From assembly GCA_963725665.1 (NCBI GenBank), contig CAVRZA010000003.1, positions 160,001-224,000 on the forward strand: DNA of 64,000 bases. The letters run 5' to 3'. The position numbers were made by a program, and so were the translations under genes. This DNA comes from an uncultured Actinomycetes bacterium. Lineage in GTDB: Bacteria > Actinomycetota > Thermoleophilia > UBA2241. This document shows positions 63,236 through 64,000 of this stretch, one piece after another; position 1 is the stretch's first letter, and each line of letters opens with the position of its first letter. A model generated the notes under the pieces. It worked only from the letters and a program-made list of their open reading frames with translations, did no database searches and had not been told where the DNA came from.

Positions 63236-64000
63236 GTGAGTGAGCTGCTCGACCTCTTCCTGCGCCTTGCCGAGACTCCCTCGCCCTCCGGGCACGAGCG
63301 CGCCGTCGCCGACTTGGTGCTCGCCCACGTGCGCGGCAGCGGGCTTGCTCCCGTCGAAGACGACAGCGCCGCAAAGACGGGCGCCGGCTGCGGCAACATC
63401 AATGTGGTCGTCGAGGGGCGTGGGGAGGGTGTGCCGATACTCATCGGTGCCCACCTCGACACAGTCGCCGTCGCAGGACCCATCCGGGCCGTGGTCGACG
63501 GCGGGGTCGTGCGCAGCGAGGGCGACACGATCCTCGGCGCCGACAACAAGTGTGCCTGCGCCATCGGGCTGCTCCTGCTGCGCGACCTTGCCCGCGAGGC
63601 GCCGCCGGGCCGCGTCGAGGTCGTCTTCTCGACGTGCGAAGAGGTGGGCCTGCGCGGCGCCAAAGCGTTCGATCTCGGCGCCGCGCAGGCCCGCGCCGGC
63701 TTCGTGTTCGACTCGAGCGGGCCGCTCGGCGAGGTGATCACCGCCGCGCCTTCGCAGAAGAGCCTGGTGGCCGAGTTCCACGGCGTGGCCGCGCACGCCG
63801 GCATCGCGCCCGAGGAGGGCCGCAGCGCGATCGCCGCCGCCGGGCGGGCGATCGCGCTCATGGACCTCGGGCGCATCGACGAGATGACCACCGCCAACGT
63901 TGGCGTCATCGAGGGCGGCGTGGCGATCAACATCGTGCCCGAGTGGTGCACGCTGCGCGGCGAGGCGCGCAGCCGCGACGAGGAGCGCCTTGCGCGCCAA
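63236..64000 (+). CDS. M20-family peptidase (PepT/YqjE-like), runs off the window; absent from the ORF track
   Basis: Manual translation: SPSGHER, AHLDTV, ILGADNK, EEVGLRGAK, HAG..PE.G, TTANVG.IEGG. Confidence 0.88.
   Translation, partial: MSELLDLFLRLAETPSPSGHERAVADLVLAHVRGSGLAPVEDDSAAKTGAGCGNINVVVEGRGEGVPILIGAHLDTVAVAGPIRAVVDGGVVRSEGDTILGADNKCACAIGLLLLRDLAREAPPGRVEVVFSTCEEVGLRGAKAFDLGAAQARAGFVFDSSGPLGEVITAAPSQKSLVAEFHGVAAHAGIAPEEGRSAIAAAGRAIALMDLGRIDEMTTANVGVIEGGVAINIVPEWCTLRGEARSRDEERLARQ

Overview
High-GC bacterial chromosomal segment, most likely from a deep-branching actinomycete such as Thermoleophilia or Rubrobacteria (inferred from composition, gene set and near-leaderless promoters). 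Almost all genes are on the + strand. The housekeeping backbone has Firmicute-like order: oppDF, PPIase, UbiB kinase, recJ-relA-MBL-hisS-aspS-6S RNA, Rrf2-iscS-iscU-mnmA, DUF948-rsbW-sigB, alaS-ruvX-mltG-aroE, then aroC-aroK-aroB-aroQ-pepQ-efp-(carboxyltransferase/BCCP fusion)-nusB-ispA-dxs-tlyA-nadK-recN-pyrG-M20 peptidase. A 20 kb type IV pilus locus (26.2-46.4 kb) sits between aroE and aroC. It carries about eight sigma28/WhiG-type promoter motifs (a ninth lies before the 6S RNA), a c-di-GMP-I riboswitch with an apparent OFF-type platform before the first pilin, a MshEN-type PilB, its own divergent SigB-family sigma factor, two GT-C glycosyltransferases (PMT-like and GT87-like) next to the pilins, and a PilGHI/Xap-like ABC module. 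Other oddities are a perfect 66-bp palindrome inside recJ and an A7 slippery site that would fuse IscU to MnmA. Frameshifts are very dense at about 31.7-41.6 kb and may be consensus errors, so coordinates there are approximate. No tRNA, rRNA, CRISPR array or transposase was recognised. All calls are by eye; no searches were run.
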